Shown here piece after piece: positions 38,420 through 50,401 of a stretch of DNA of 64,000 nucleotides. Both the position numbers and the translations under genes were made by a program. The notes beneath the pieces were generated by a model. It saw only the letters and a program-made list of their open reading frames with translations. It was not told where the DNA came from and ran no database searches. Each line of letters opens with the position of its first letter. The first letter of the stretch is position 1. Source of the stretch: Azolla caroliniana (Eukaryota > Plantae > Polypodiophyta); NCBI GenBank assembly GCA_043228905.1, contig JBHGNT010000009.1:4712001-4776000 (forward strand), given 5' to 3'.

Positions 38420-41400
38420 CACGTTGTTCTAATGTATTTGCAACATACCAGATTGAACTAATGCCTAATGACGTAAGGATTTCAATGAGGCAACCAAGGT
38501 TCTCTACTCTACAACTTGAGCTAATGAAAAGATATACTATATAAGTTCATCTAGTTGCTTAAGTAGTGCCACGTTGATTATGTTCTTCTAAGGTATTCAT
38601 TAGATTCAACATATTGATTTGAACAAGTGACCTAACTATTACAACAAACACAACTATAGCCCTTTGTTCTGCCAACTAAGTAGCAATCGACAATAGTTTG
38701 GATTGAAACAAATTGCGAAACTACGGCTTAACAGTTTAAACGATTTAGTTTGGTTTGGTTCAGGTTCAGGGGTTAACAGTTTGGTTTGGTTTGAGCCTTT
38801 ATCAGCTTAACGATTAGATGGTTTAGGATTAACATTTGATTATTTTCTTAAATATTGTTTCGAACATTTATTTTTTCCAAAAATCTTTCGAACATTTTAA
38901 TCCTAATTTTGATATTTTTAGAAAAATCTTTAAATTTTGAAAAATTAAAAAATTAAAAAACTAAAATGTGAAAATATGAGTTTTGACCTAGTAATTTGAA
39001 AATTGAAACCAAATCACGAATAGTTTAATCCTTTAAAGCTTTTAAAATCTCTAAAACCGTGTAGTTTTGAGCTTGATTTTTTTGTGACCGTTTGGTTTAA
39101 ACAATTTCGCGGTTCGATTTGGTTAAGTTTCAAAATTTTTAAACGGTTTGCGTTTGACACTCTCAAACCAAACTATTATCCATTGTTACAACTAAGGTAA
39201 TGATAGGTAAGATTTTGGCAACCAACTAAAGCTAATTAACATATATATTGTAAGTTTATCTAATTGCTTAACTAGCGCAACGTAGACTATGTTCTTCTCG
39301 TATATTCATTAGATTCAACATATTGGATATGAATGATGAACTAATGATTGTAATGATGCAACTATAGTCATTTGCTCTACCAACTAAGCTAATGCTAGGC
39401 AGGATTTTAGGTCTTACAATTGCATCCATACTCTAAATTTAAAAATGATATTGTATCTAGTTGGTTATAGTTTATCTAGTGGGTTAAGTAGCACCACATC
39501 CAACCTACAAAATTAGATCTAGTAACCTAAGGATTACAATAATGCAACTACAACCCTCCACTCTATCGCTTGAGCTAAGGTTGAATTTTCAATACTCTTG
39601 ATTATGTTCAAAGATATTCATTAGATTCAACATATTGGATTTTAACGAGTGACCTAATAAATATGACCTAACAATTATAATCACTCAACTATAGTGCTTT
39701 GCTCTACCAATGAAGCAAATGTTAGGAAGGATTTTAAGTCTTACAATCGCATCCATACTATAAATTTAATGAAATGATAGTTTATCAGCTTGCTTAAGTA
39801 ACACCACATAAATTATGTTAGTTCTAGGAATGTATTACATCAACCCTATCAAATTCTGAACCAATTACTCAAGGATTATAACAATGGAACTACAATCCTC
39901 CGCTCTACCAATTGACCTAAAGTTGGATTTTGATTGTTGTAAATATATTGTTCTAAGATATTAATTAGAGCCAACGTACTAAATTTCAGCAAGTGACCTA
40001 GCGATTATAGTCTTCTACTCTACCAACGAAGCTAATGCTAGGCAAGATTTTAACTCTTACAATTGCATCCATCAAGATTTTTACTCTTAATAAGGGAATG
40101 ATAGTCTATATAGTTGGTTAAGTATGACAACATAAATGATGTTTGTTCCAATTTATCCATTACATCCAACCTAAAGAATTTGAACTAATGACGAAGCGAT
40201 TATAGTCTTCAACTCAACCAACTATGCTAATGCTAGGGAAGATTTTAATTCGTACAGTTTTATCCAACCTATTTGTGACCTAGTAAGGATTACAACAATT
40301 CAACTACAATCCTCCACTATACCAACTGAGCTAAGGTTGGGTTTTGATCAGTACTCTATTTGAACGAGTGACTTAACTATGTAACAATAATCTTGTGCTC
40401 TACCAATTAAGCTAATGTTAGGCAAGATTTAACTCTTACAATTGCATCCATTCCAACCTATTTGTGACCTAAGGATTACAACAATTCAACTACAATCCTC
40501 CACTCTACCAAATGAGCTAAAGTTGGGTTTTGATTGGTACTCTATTTGAATGAGTGACATAACTACGCAACAATAATCTTGTGCTCTACTAATGAAGCTA
40601 ATGTTAGGCAATATTTTAATTCTTACAATTGCATCCATACTCCAAAATGATTGAAATTATAGTTTATGTAGTTAGCTAAGTAAGGTCACATAAATTATGT
40701 TTGTTGTAATGTATCCAATCTATCAAATTTGAACTGGCAACCTAAGGATTACACCAATTCAACGACAATCCTTTGCTCTACCAATTGAGCTAAGGTTGGG
40801 TTCTTTGGTTAATGGATAAACTATTATAGTGAACATATTAGAATTGAATGAGCATCTTAGCAAGTCAACTATAGTCCTTTGCTCTGCCAATTAAACTAAG
40901 GCTAGGCAAGATTTTAATGCTTATAATTGCATCCATACTCTAACATTAATTAGTTTCTGTAGTTAGCTAAGTAAGGTCACATAAATTATGTTTGTTGTAA
41001 TGTATCCAACCTATCAAATTTGAACTGGCAACCTAAGGATTACACCAATTCAACGACAATCCTTTGCTCTACCAATTGAGCTAAGGTTGGGTTCTTTCGT
41101 TAATGGATAAACTATTATAGTGAACATGTTAGAATTGAATGAGCGTCTTAGCAAGTCAACTATAGTCCTTTGCTCTGCCAATTAAACTAAGGCTAGGCAA
41201 GATTTTAATGCTTATAATTGCATCCATACTCTAACATTAATTAGTTTCTGTAGTTAGCTAAGTAAGGTCACATAAATTATGTTTATTGTAATGTATCCAA
41301 CCTATCATATTTGAACTAGCGACGTAAGGATTACAACAATTCAACTACAATCCTCTGCTCTACCAATTGAGCTAAGGTCGAGTTCTTTAGTTAGTACATA

Positions 41401-42095
41401 AAATATTATAGCTAATCGAACTCAACGATAGTCCTTTGCTCCACCAATTAATTTAATGCTAGGCGAGGTTTTAACTCTTACAATTGCATCTATACTCTAA
41501 AATTTAATGAAATGATAGTTTGTGTAGTTGGTTAAGTAGCATCATCCAAATTATGTTTGTTCTAACGCATTCCTTACATCAAACTTGCTGGATTTGAACC
41601 TACGACCTAAGGATTACAACAATTCAACTACAATCTTCCACTCAACCAAATGAGCTAAGATTGGGTTTTGGTTATTGTAAATATATTGCTCTAAGATATT
41701 AATTAGAGCAAACGCCTAAATTTCAACAAGTGACCTAGCAATTATAGTCTTCTACTCTACCAACTAAGCTAATTCTAGGCAAGATTTTAATTCTTACAAT
41801 TGCATCCACACTCTAAAATTAATGAAATGATAGTTTATGTAGGTGGTTAAGTAGTGTCAAACAAATTATTTTTCACTTAACTACTATAACGACACGATTG
41901 TAACGAAACGATAGTTTATGTAATTGTTTAATAAGTAACATCACAAAGATTATGTTTGTTTCTAACATATTCGTTACATCCAACCTAACAGATTTCAACT
42001 CATCACCAAGGGATTATAACAATTCAATTACATTCCGCTCTACCAACTGAGCTAAGTTTGGGTTTTGAATTGTTCTAGAACATATTCATTGCTAG
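38420..42095 (-). repeat. Older, more diverged block of the tRNA-Tyr-derived tandem array
   Basis: Repeated CCTAAGGATTACAACAATTCAACTACAATCCTC..CTCTACCAA.TGAGCTAAGGTTGG (reverse complement of an intron-containing tRNA-Tyr) alternating with a second Tyr-like module CAACTATAGTC.TTTGCTCTACCAA.TAAGCTAATGCTAGG. Confidence 0.85.
38681..39188. mobile_element. hAT-type MITE inserted in a tRNA-like module
   Basis: 8-bp TSD CAACTAAG (38673-38680 and 39189-39196); imperfect TIRs TAGCAATCGACAATAGTTTGG versus TAACAATGGATAATAGTTTGG; GGTTT-rich subterminal motifs, AT-rich core. Confidence 0.85.
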
Positions 42096-42096
42096 A

Positions 42097-44350
42097 TGAG
42101 CCGTCCTTCTTCTTGACAAATAAGATTGGGGCTCCAACCGGTGATTTGGAGGGTTGAATGAAGCCCTTGGCGAGGTTTTCATCCAGATATGTGTGAAGGG
42201 CCTCCAGTTTGGGTTCGGATAGCCCATAGATGGGCCCAAATGGTGGGTGTGCGCCATCTTGGAGTTCGATTGGGCAATCATAGGGGCGATGTGCCGACAA
42301 CTGGTCTGCATTTTGCTTTTCGAACATGTCCAAACAATCGCTATATCTTGCGGGTAAATCGGTGACAAGAATAGGGACGTCCTATGACACAACGGGAATG
42401 GAAGTGACCACGCTAGAATTGGCCATAACGGAATCGGCAACGTCGGAGACTGAGTTGAAATCAGAAGAATGTGCACCCAAGCTGAAAGCAACCCCCACAC
42501 AAGTAACAGTGTTTGTGGAAAAGTGATGGAGCGACTACACCAATCCACCATCGAATTGTGTGTTTCCAACCAGGAGAGCCCTAAAACAATCGGATGATGA
42601 GGGGTTGCAATGAGGTAGATTGTTAATACCTCCTAGTGGAACCCGACTTGAAATACCAACGGGACAGTGGCTTCGGTAACCGCCCCTAAAGAGAGAACCC
42701 GTCCGTCAATAGCTTCAACGGATATGGGTTGTGTTGTGCGGATGGTTGGGATTTTATGTGCTCGGACAAACGCAATATCGATGAAACAAGTAGATGCACC
42801 AGAATCGAGCAAGGCATGGGATTTTATTGAAATAGGCCCAAAACAAAGGCTTACTTGCAAAGTAAAACCTCTTGTTGGCGTGACTGAATTGTAGGAGCCT
42901 GAGGAAGTAGGGTGACGGAAAGTGTCTAGCGGCATGGCTCCTACTGCAGCCAGACTTGCTCGTTTTCCTGTTGTCCAGAAACCTCCGCAAGACGTGCACG
43001 ATCGTTTTCTTGTTGTCGAGAAACCTTTGCAAGACGTGCACGGTGGGATTGATGACGAGGGCCGCGCATCGGGCAATGGCGGATGACATGGCCGGGGGTA
43101 CCACAATAGAGGCAGAGGCCATTGTCACGTCGATGTTGCCGTTGGGCATCAGTTAATGGTTGGAACCGAGCATGGTCGATCTCCATTGGGGTATGGGGAT
43201 CGACCTCCATCGAGGTATGAGCACTATTGGAAGATGGCAGCCGTGGCGTGCTTGGCGAAACTAATATATACGACCTTGTGAGTGGAGCATTGCGGGAGGA
43301 AGATGGAAAACCTCGAGTCCCCCGTTCGTCTTGTTGAAGCTCAAAAAGACGGCTTGGGAGATTACCTGGGACAATGATGTGGGCTCCAGAAAGTTTAAGA
43401 GAAGAGTCTTGATATCATTTCGGAGGCCTCGACGAAACTGGTCGCATAAAGCTTGGTCATCCCAGATGACATCGCACGCGATCTGACGAAACTCTGAAGC
43501 ATAAACGGAAGCTGGACGAGGGCCTTGTTGTAAGGAATAGAGTTTCGTGAGTGCCGTTCGTCGCCGATCTGTCTCTCCAAATGTGGCTTCAAGCTCCGAA
43601 AGGAAAGCATGAAAGTTTTCTAGGAGGGGTGATGAGGTCTCGATCAATGGTGCAAACCACGCTTGTGATGGCCTAGAGAGAAGGTTGCCAACGAGGCTAA
43701 CCTGAGAGAAATCACTAGCATAACGTTGGGGTTGTAAGTGGATAATAAGCCGAATTTGATTGATGAAGCCACGAAGATGCGCCCTCGAGCTGTTGAATTT
43801 GTCAGGTAGGCTGACGTTAGGTTCGAGGACATATGAATGGGAAGAGGAAGGGGTTGGGTTAGATGCTGACGGAAGGTGAGGCTCAACGGGTGAATGATTG
43901 TTGGCTGTGCTATTTTGATGTTCTCGCAATGACTGACGAAGGCTTTCATTTTCTAATGGAAGTTGCTCCAAGGCTGCCATTACTTGGTTTAAGGCCGAGT
44001 CGGACATGGTAACAAGAAGGGAAGGTGAACAAATGTCACGGACGTAGATGAGGGCAAGGACAAATAGGCGAGCTCAATATTAAGAAAGAGAGAAAGATAG
44101 ATATATAGATAGAGAGGAGCATAGGCAAGAGAACAAGAGAGAGAGAGGGTAGACAAACGAGCGAGAACTAAATTATGCTTCTGAACTGGGGTTGTTCACC
44201 TTGATTGTAATCAAGGTGCACCGAAGTATTTATACAAGAATGTGGTGGTATGCATGTAAGCTAGGAACCATCTAGAGAATGCATGGAAACTTCTAGAGAG
44301 TGCATGTCTATGCATTCTCTAGAAGTTTCTTGAAAATTCTAGTGATTAAC
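42097..44350 (-). mobile_element. Truncated Ty3/gypsy (Tcn1-like) element: partial 5' LTR (about 44350-44034), gag, protease and RT start
   Basis: [58 protein letters not shown], then an abrupt return to the tRNA array; LTR ends ...CGTGACA at 44034. Confidence 0.88.
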
Positions 44351-44890
44351 TTACATTGTAATAAGTTGAACTTATACAACACAAAACGTACAATGTAATG
44401 GATAGTGTTAGTACTTATACAAGTTATACAACGAATCAATTGAGACTTTCAGTATTGAATCAACTGATCACCAAGGCATATAATGTAATCAGTAATGTTA
44501 GTACTGAATCCTCCAACAAGGAACTTGAGGGCACATGACACAACCACCTGGACATGCATATTTCATGTAATGAACAATGTTAGTACTAAAAAACCTAGAC
44601 CTTCATGCCTATTTGTTCGGTCATCTAGAGCCTAAGCCAAGTGGACACAGAAAGTACAATGTAATGAATAATGTTAGTGCACATGCAAGTTATACAACTA
44701 GACCTTTAAGATCCTCAGTACTAAATAAGATTCACATTGTCAACTGATCACCAAGGAATACAATGTAATAAGTAATGCTAGTACTGAATCATGTAAAAAT
44801 GATCTTGGGGGAACAATACTCATGGGTACAAGACCAGAACCACATGTTAAAATTACAAAAGCATAGTATAAAAATTACATATGTTCTTAA

Positions 44891-46226
44891 TCACATACCA
44901 TAGAAATGTACTTGCAAACCCCAAGTTAAGTACCATTTGGCTCCAACTGTACTTTTACAATGTAAACATATATTTTCTTTCTCAAAATGGTACTTAGCGC
45001 ATAAACAATGATATGTGTGCAAGCATGGTGTAATGATAACATCCATGGCCTCAAACTTGAATCCAAGGCCACAAATACACACCTTCAAATACGAGACACA
45101 ACATACACTATATTAGCAACGATGATATTTTATACAATAGAAGGTCAACTTGTAAAAATATAAACCATTACCTTGATACAATAATTCTTGTAATGGTACT
45201 TTCATTGCAAGTGGGATGCTCAATTACTTCTGGCCATAGAGGATCTAAACCTTTATCTTTTAGACCCTTCATTAAACATGTTAGGTTCTCAGAGTGACTT
45301 TTTAAGGCTGATAACTTATCATCAATTTCAGAACGAGATGACCTCCATGTCTCCAGATCTTTCTTCAATTTTCCCAGTTGAGTGCCCATATTTGTCAGCT
45401 CCTTCTTCAACTCCTCTTTCAACACATCGCTTTCAGAATGTTGGATTGTTGCTATTGTCCATTCGTATGTATTCGATATAGATGTGAATTGTTTCTTTGC
45501 CACCATCTCACTAGATGAAACTTCTTCCAAATCGGTGAGCAGCGCTTGCATTCTTGTTTGCATGGAAGCTATGCAACGCAACAATCATTGTTCATGCTTT
45601 TCTGTCAGTGTAGCTCTTTCTTTTGCAATCTGTTTAGTGAACACAGATGTCCTAGCCGGGATTTCAATGTGAGAGGTACCCTCAGACTTCATAGTAGTGT
45701 TTGGTACTTGAGGATCCTCTATAATGTGATGATCGATGATGAGCAAAATCTTCCCAATCAGCTTCAATGCCACCATGGAGTTCACATGCAAATGCACGTG
45801 CAAAAACAGTTCCTACCTCATTGTTTAGGATATGTTTTGTATCATAAACTTGTTCATATCGTGACTTTAGTTCAGTGAGATAATCCTTCTTCAATTGAGT
45901 GAGGTGAAAACCTCTCCTTGTCTCCGGTTGTGATGAGCTCCATGTTTTGATCATCCACATGTCTAGGTCTTCATAAGTGTCAGGTCGTGCACGAAGGAAA
46001 TATCCCCCCATCCTAACTTTCTACCTCGAAGGATGTTTGTGAACATCTTCTTGCTCTGAGATGTTGACAACTTAAACCTCCCTCTAGTGGGGGTCATCGT
46101 ACTTTCTTTGATGGGGGTCCTTTTTCTTTCTTTGCATGGTGTGTTGACATTTTCTTTGACCATTTTCTTCTTCGTGGGTGTCTTCCTTGTCATTTGAGTC
46201 CTATCTCTCTTCTTCACCTCACACAC
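44891..46226 (-). pseudogene. Disrupted, probably spliced ORF: K/T-rich N-terminus, coiled coil and C-terminal RING-H2; probably TE cargo
   Basis: C..CG-x-PCLHTYHCLC-x10-CLHC RING-H2 pattern; in-frame TGA between ORFs 45803-45585 and 45584-45168; frameshifts; GT-AG intron at about 45170-45083. Confidence 0.55.
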
Positions 46227-46979
46227 ACAACAATAGTAAATAACAATAGATCAATCACAACTGTCTTTTTTATCATATGATTAAATCACGCATAATAAGA
46301 ATAACAATGAGACATAACAACCCTAAACATACTTCAAGTTGGCTCAAAAACAAGATTCATGCATGTAGAAGTCTCTCTTGAAAGTGCACATATTAGGAGG
46401 AAAGACAAAAACATCAGCAACAAAGATAAAACTTACAACATAATGTTAAATCCCGATACACAACATACACATGATAAACCATGGAAAATCATTGCAACAT
46501 ACCATCATAGAACCATCTTCCAATATGTCAACATGTACCAAATTCTAAATCATGCAATAAATGACATATGCATGTAAAACACTCTCAATTTCAAGCATAT
46601 GCATGTACAAGTATCTCAAATGATCAAGGGAGAACAACACGAACAACAACAACAAAACCCTAACATGTAGCAGAATGTGAAGGTAAGCCTAAAGCAAGAT
46701 TACCTTTTCAGATGTCGTTAGGGTTGCAGATACTAGGATTACCTTTCTGAAGTCCTTGTAGAGGGGATACGTTTGAAGCACGGGTTGCAAGCAAACAAAC
46801 ACACTAGGTAGAGGGAACACAACGACTTGAGAACACCTGGAGGTAGAGCAAAGCAGAGGTCACAACCAACAGAGGGGACATGACCAACAGAGTAGAGGTC
46901 GATGTCGTTAGGACACGGTGAGCACAGAACACCTCACAGTGAGGGAGAACAAGGTCAACAGAGGGAGAGAGAACATGGC

Positions 46980-47222
46980 CAACCCTAGAGAGGTTGAAAG
47001 ACCTGTGTAGAATGTGGAAGATAGACAAAGAGGGGGAGAGGAGGTACGAACGATGAGCAATGACGCGCTTGGAGTCTGCAAAGACCTGTGCAGAAGGTGG
47101 AAGAGAGAGCTAGAGAGGGGGAGAGGAGGTACGAACGACGAGCAGTGATGCACTTGGAGTCTGCAGAGACTTGTACAGAAGGTGGAAGAGAGACAAAGAG
47201 GGGGAGAGGAGGTACGAACCTC
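46980..47222. repeat. About 3 tandem copies of a purine-rich unit of 80-90 bp upstream of the RING ORF
   Basis: AAAGACCTGTG.AGAA.GTGGAAGA...AGAGGGGGAGAGGAGGTACGAAC repeated. Confidence 0.75.
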
Positions 47223-47866
47223 GGGAATCAGCGAGTAGAAGGGGGAAGGAGAGAGAGAGAGGGAGAGAGAGAGGGAGAGAGACTAGCTGACTAACTAACA
47301 ATTCGAGATGAACATAAGTGCCAAGAGACAGAGCGAGAGAGAGACATACTTACTATATTCATAATTGAGTCACTACTTGAGATCTTGTACAGTTAAGATC
47401 TCCATACATCATTACCTAGGACTGTGACCCAACAATCTCAAATGAACTAGACAGTTGGACACAAACATAAGTTATAATTGTGGAAGGATATGCAATGTTT
47501 TTTTCATATTTAAAATCCATTTTCATTGAACGTGACTTTTAATTTTAGCACAAAATATGCTCAACGTTTTAAACCCAAATATTGGATTATTTATCTTTCC
47601 TCCTCATCGAATTAGTACTAAAATTTTGGCCAAAAGTTGGTACACCATAGCATGCTTTCACCCTACGACATAATCTTACTAGTGTGATTCGATCGACTGA
47701 TATGACGACACAACTATAATCATGATCTCTTAGACCTATTAAATAAATGTTGGCAAGATCTCAACTCTTAAAAAGGCATCCATACTCCAAAGTTAATGAA
47801 ATGATTATTTATCAAATAGTAAAGTAAAGTCACACAAATGATATTTGTGATAATGTTATGATTTCA

Positions 47867-47952
47867 TCCAACCTACCGGATTTGAACCAGTGATGTAAGG
47901 ATTACAACATTTCAACTACAATCCTCCACTCTACCAACTGAGCTAAGGTTGG
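47867..47952 (-). tRNA. tRNA-Tyr(GTA)-like copy with 13-nt intron; stems pair but the variable loop is altered
   Basis: CCAACCTTAGCTCAGTTGGTAGAGTGGAGGATTGTAG-ttgaaatgttgta-ATCCTTACATCACTGGTTCAAATCCGGTAGGTTGGA. Confidence 0.5.
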
Positions 47953-49984
47953 GTTTCAAGAATATCATTGTCACATAATCTTACTAGTGTGATTCTATCG
48001 ACTGATATGACGATGCAACTATAGTCATGAGCTCTTAGACCTATTAAGCTAAATGTTGGCAAGATCTCAACTCTTAGAATAGCATCCATACTCCAAAGTT
48101 AATAAAATGATTATTTATCAAATACTAAAGTAGAGTCAGACAAATGATGTTTGTGATAATGTTTTGATTACATCCAACTTACCATTTTTGAACCAGTGAC
48201 CTAAGGATTACAACATTTCGACTACAGTCCCCGGCTCTACAGACTAAGCTAAGACTGGGTTTTGATAATATCATTGTGACATAATACTACTTTTATATGA
48301 TCGAGTGATATGATGACGCAACTATAGTCATGAGCTCTTACACCTATTAACTTAAATATTGGCAAGATCTCAACTCTTAGAATAGTACCCATACTCCAAA
48401 GTTAATGAAATGATAGTTTATCAAATAGTAAAGTAGAGTCACACAAAATGTTTGTGATAATGTTTTGATTACATCCAACCTACCGGATTTGAACTAGTGA
48501 TCTAAGGATTACAACATTTCAACTCCAATCCTCCGCTCTACCAACTGAGCTAAGGTTGGGTTTTGATAAAATTAACAAATAATCTTACTAGTTTTATATG
48601 ATCGAGTGATATGACGACGCAACTATAGTCATGAGATGTTAGACCTATTAAGCTAAATGTTCGCAAGATCTCAACTCTTAGAATAGCATCCATACTCCAA
48701 AGTTAATGAAATGATTATTTATCAAATACTAAAGTAGAGTCAGACAAATGATGTTTCTGATAATGTTTTGATTACATCCAACCTACCTTACTTGAACGAA
48801 TGACCTAAGGATTACAACATTTTAACTACAATCCTCCGCTCTACCAACTAAGCTAAGGTTGGGTTTTGATAATCTCATTGTGACAAAATCTTACTAGTTT
48901 TATATGATGGAGTGATATGATGACGCAACTATAGTCATGAGCTCTTACACCTATTAACTTAAATATTGGCAAGATCTCAACTCTTAGAATAACATCCATA
49001 CTCCAAAGTTAATGAAATGATAGTTTATCAAATAGTAAAGTAGAGTCACACAAAATGTTTGTGATAATATTTTGATTACATGCAACCTACCGTATTTGAA
49101 CTAGTGTCCTATGGATTACAACATTTCAACTACAATCCTCCGATCTACCAATTGAGCTAAGGTTGGGTTATGATAAAATTAAGACATAATCTTACTAGTT
49201 TTATACGATCAAGTGATATGGTGACTCAACTATAGTCATGAGCTCTTAGACCTATTTAGCTAAATGTTCGCAAGATCCCAAGTTTTAGAATAACATCTAT
49301 ACTCCAAAGTTAATGAAATGATAGTTTATCAAATAGTAAAGTAGAGTCAGTCAAATGATGTTTATGATAATGTTTTGACTACATCCAACCTATCGTATTA
49401 GAACCAGTGACCTAAGGATTACAACATTTCAATTGCAATCATCCGCTCCACAACTAAGCTAAGGTTGGGTTTTGATAATATCATTGTGACATAATCTTAC
49501 TAGTTTTATATGATCGAGTGATATGATGACGCAACTATAGTCATGAGCTCTTCGACCTATTAAGCTAAATGCTCGCAAGTTCTCAACTCTTAGAATAGCA
49601 TCCATACTCCAAAGTTAAGGAAATGGTTATTGATCAAATAGTAAAGTAGAGTCACACAAATGATGTTTGTGATAATGTTTTTATTACATCAAACCTACCT
49701 TATTTGAACCAATGATCTAAGGGTTACAACATTTCAACTAAAGTCCTCCGCTCTACCAACTGAGCGAAGGTTGGCTTTTGATAATATTATAATCTTAGTA
49801 GTTCTGTATGATCGAGTGATATGGTGACGCAACTATAGTCATGAGCTCTTAAATCTATTAAGCTAAATATTGGCAAGATCTCAACACTTAGAATAGCATC
49901 TATACTCCAAAGTTAATGAAATGATAGTTTATCAAATAGTAAAGTATAGTCACACAAAATGTTTGTGATATTGTTTTGATTACA

Positions 49985-50070
49985 TCCAACCTACCGTATT
50001 TGAACTAGTGACCTAAGGATTACAACATTTCAACTACAGTCCTCCGCTCTACCAACTGAGCTAAGGTTGG
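49985..50070 (-). pseudogene. tRNA-Tyr(GTA) copy with an intact 5' half and a mispaired T-stem
   Basis: CCAACCTTAGCTCAGTTGGTAGAGCGGAGGACTGTAG-intron-ATCCTTAGGTCACTAGTTCAAATACGGTAGGTTGGA. Confidence 0.7.
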
Positions 50071-50401
50071 GTTTTGATAACATTAAGACATAATCTTACT
50101 GGTTTTATACGATCGAGTGATATGGCGACTCATTGCAAGTTCTCAAGTTTTAGAATAACATCCATACTCCAAAGTTAATGAAATGATAGTTTATCAAATC
50201 GTAAAGTAGAGTCAGTCAAATGATGTTTGTGATAATGTTTTGACTACATCCAACCTACCATATTTGAACCAGTGACCTAAGGATTACAACATTTCAACTA
50301 TAGTCCTCCATTTTACCAACTGAGCTAAGGTTGGGGTTTGATAATATTATTGTGATATAGTCATACTAGTTTCATATGATGGAGTGATATGATGACACAA
50401 C

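Noticed and set aside
49689-49774. Functional ochre suppressor tRNA
   Set aside because: The TTA anticodon is present but the acceptor, anticodon and T stems have mismatches and A9 is changed; kept only as a pseudogene variant
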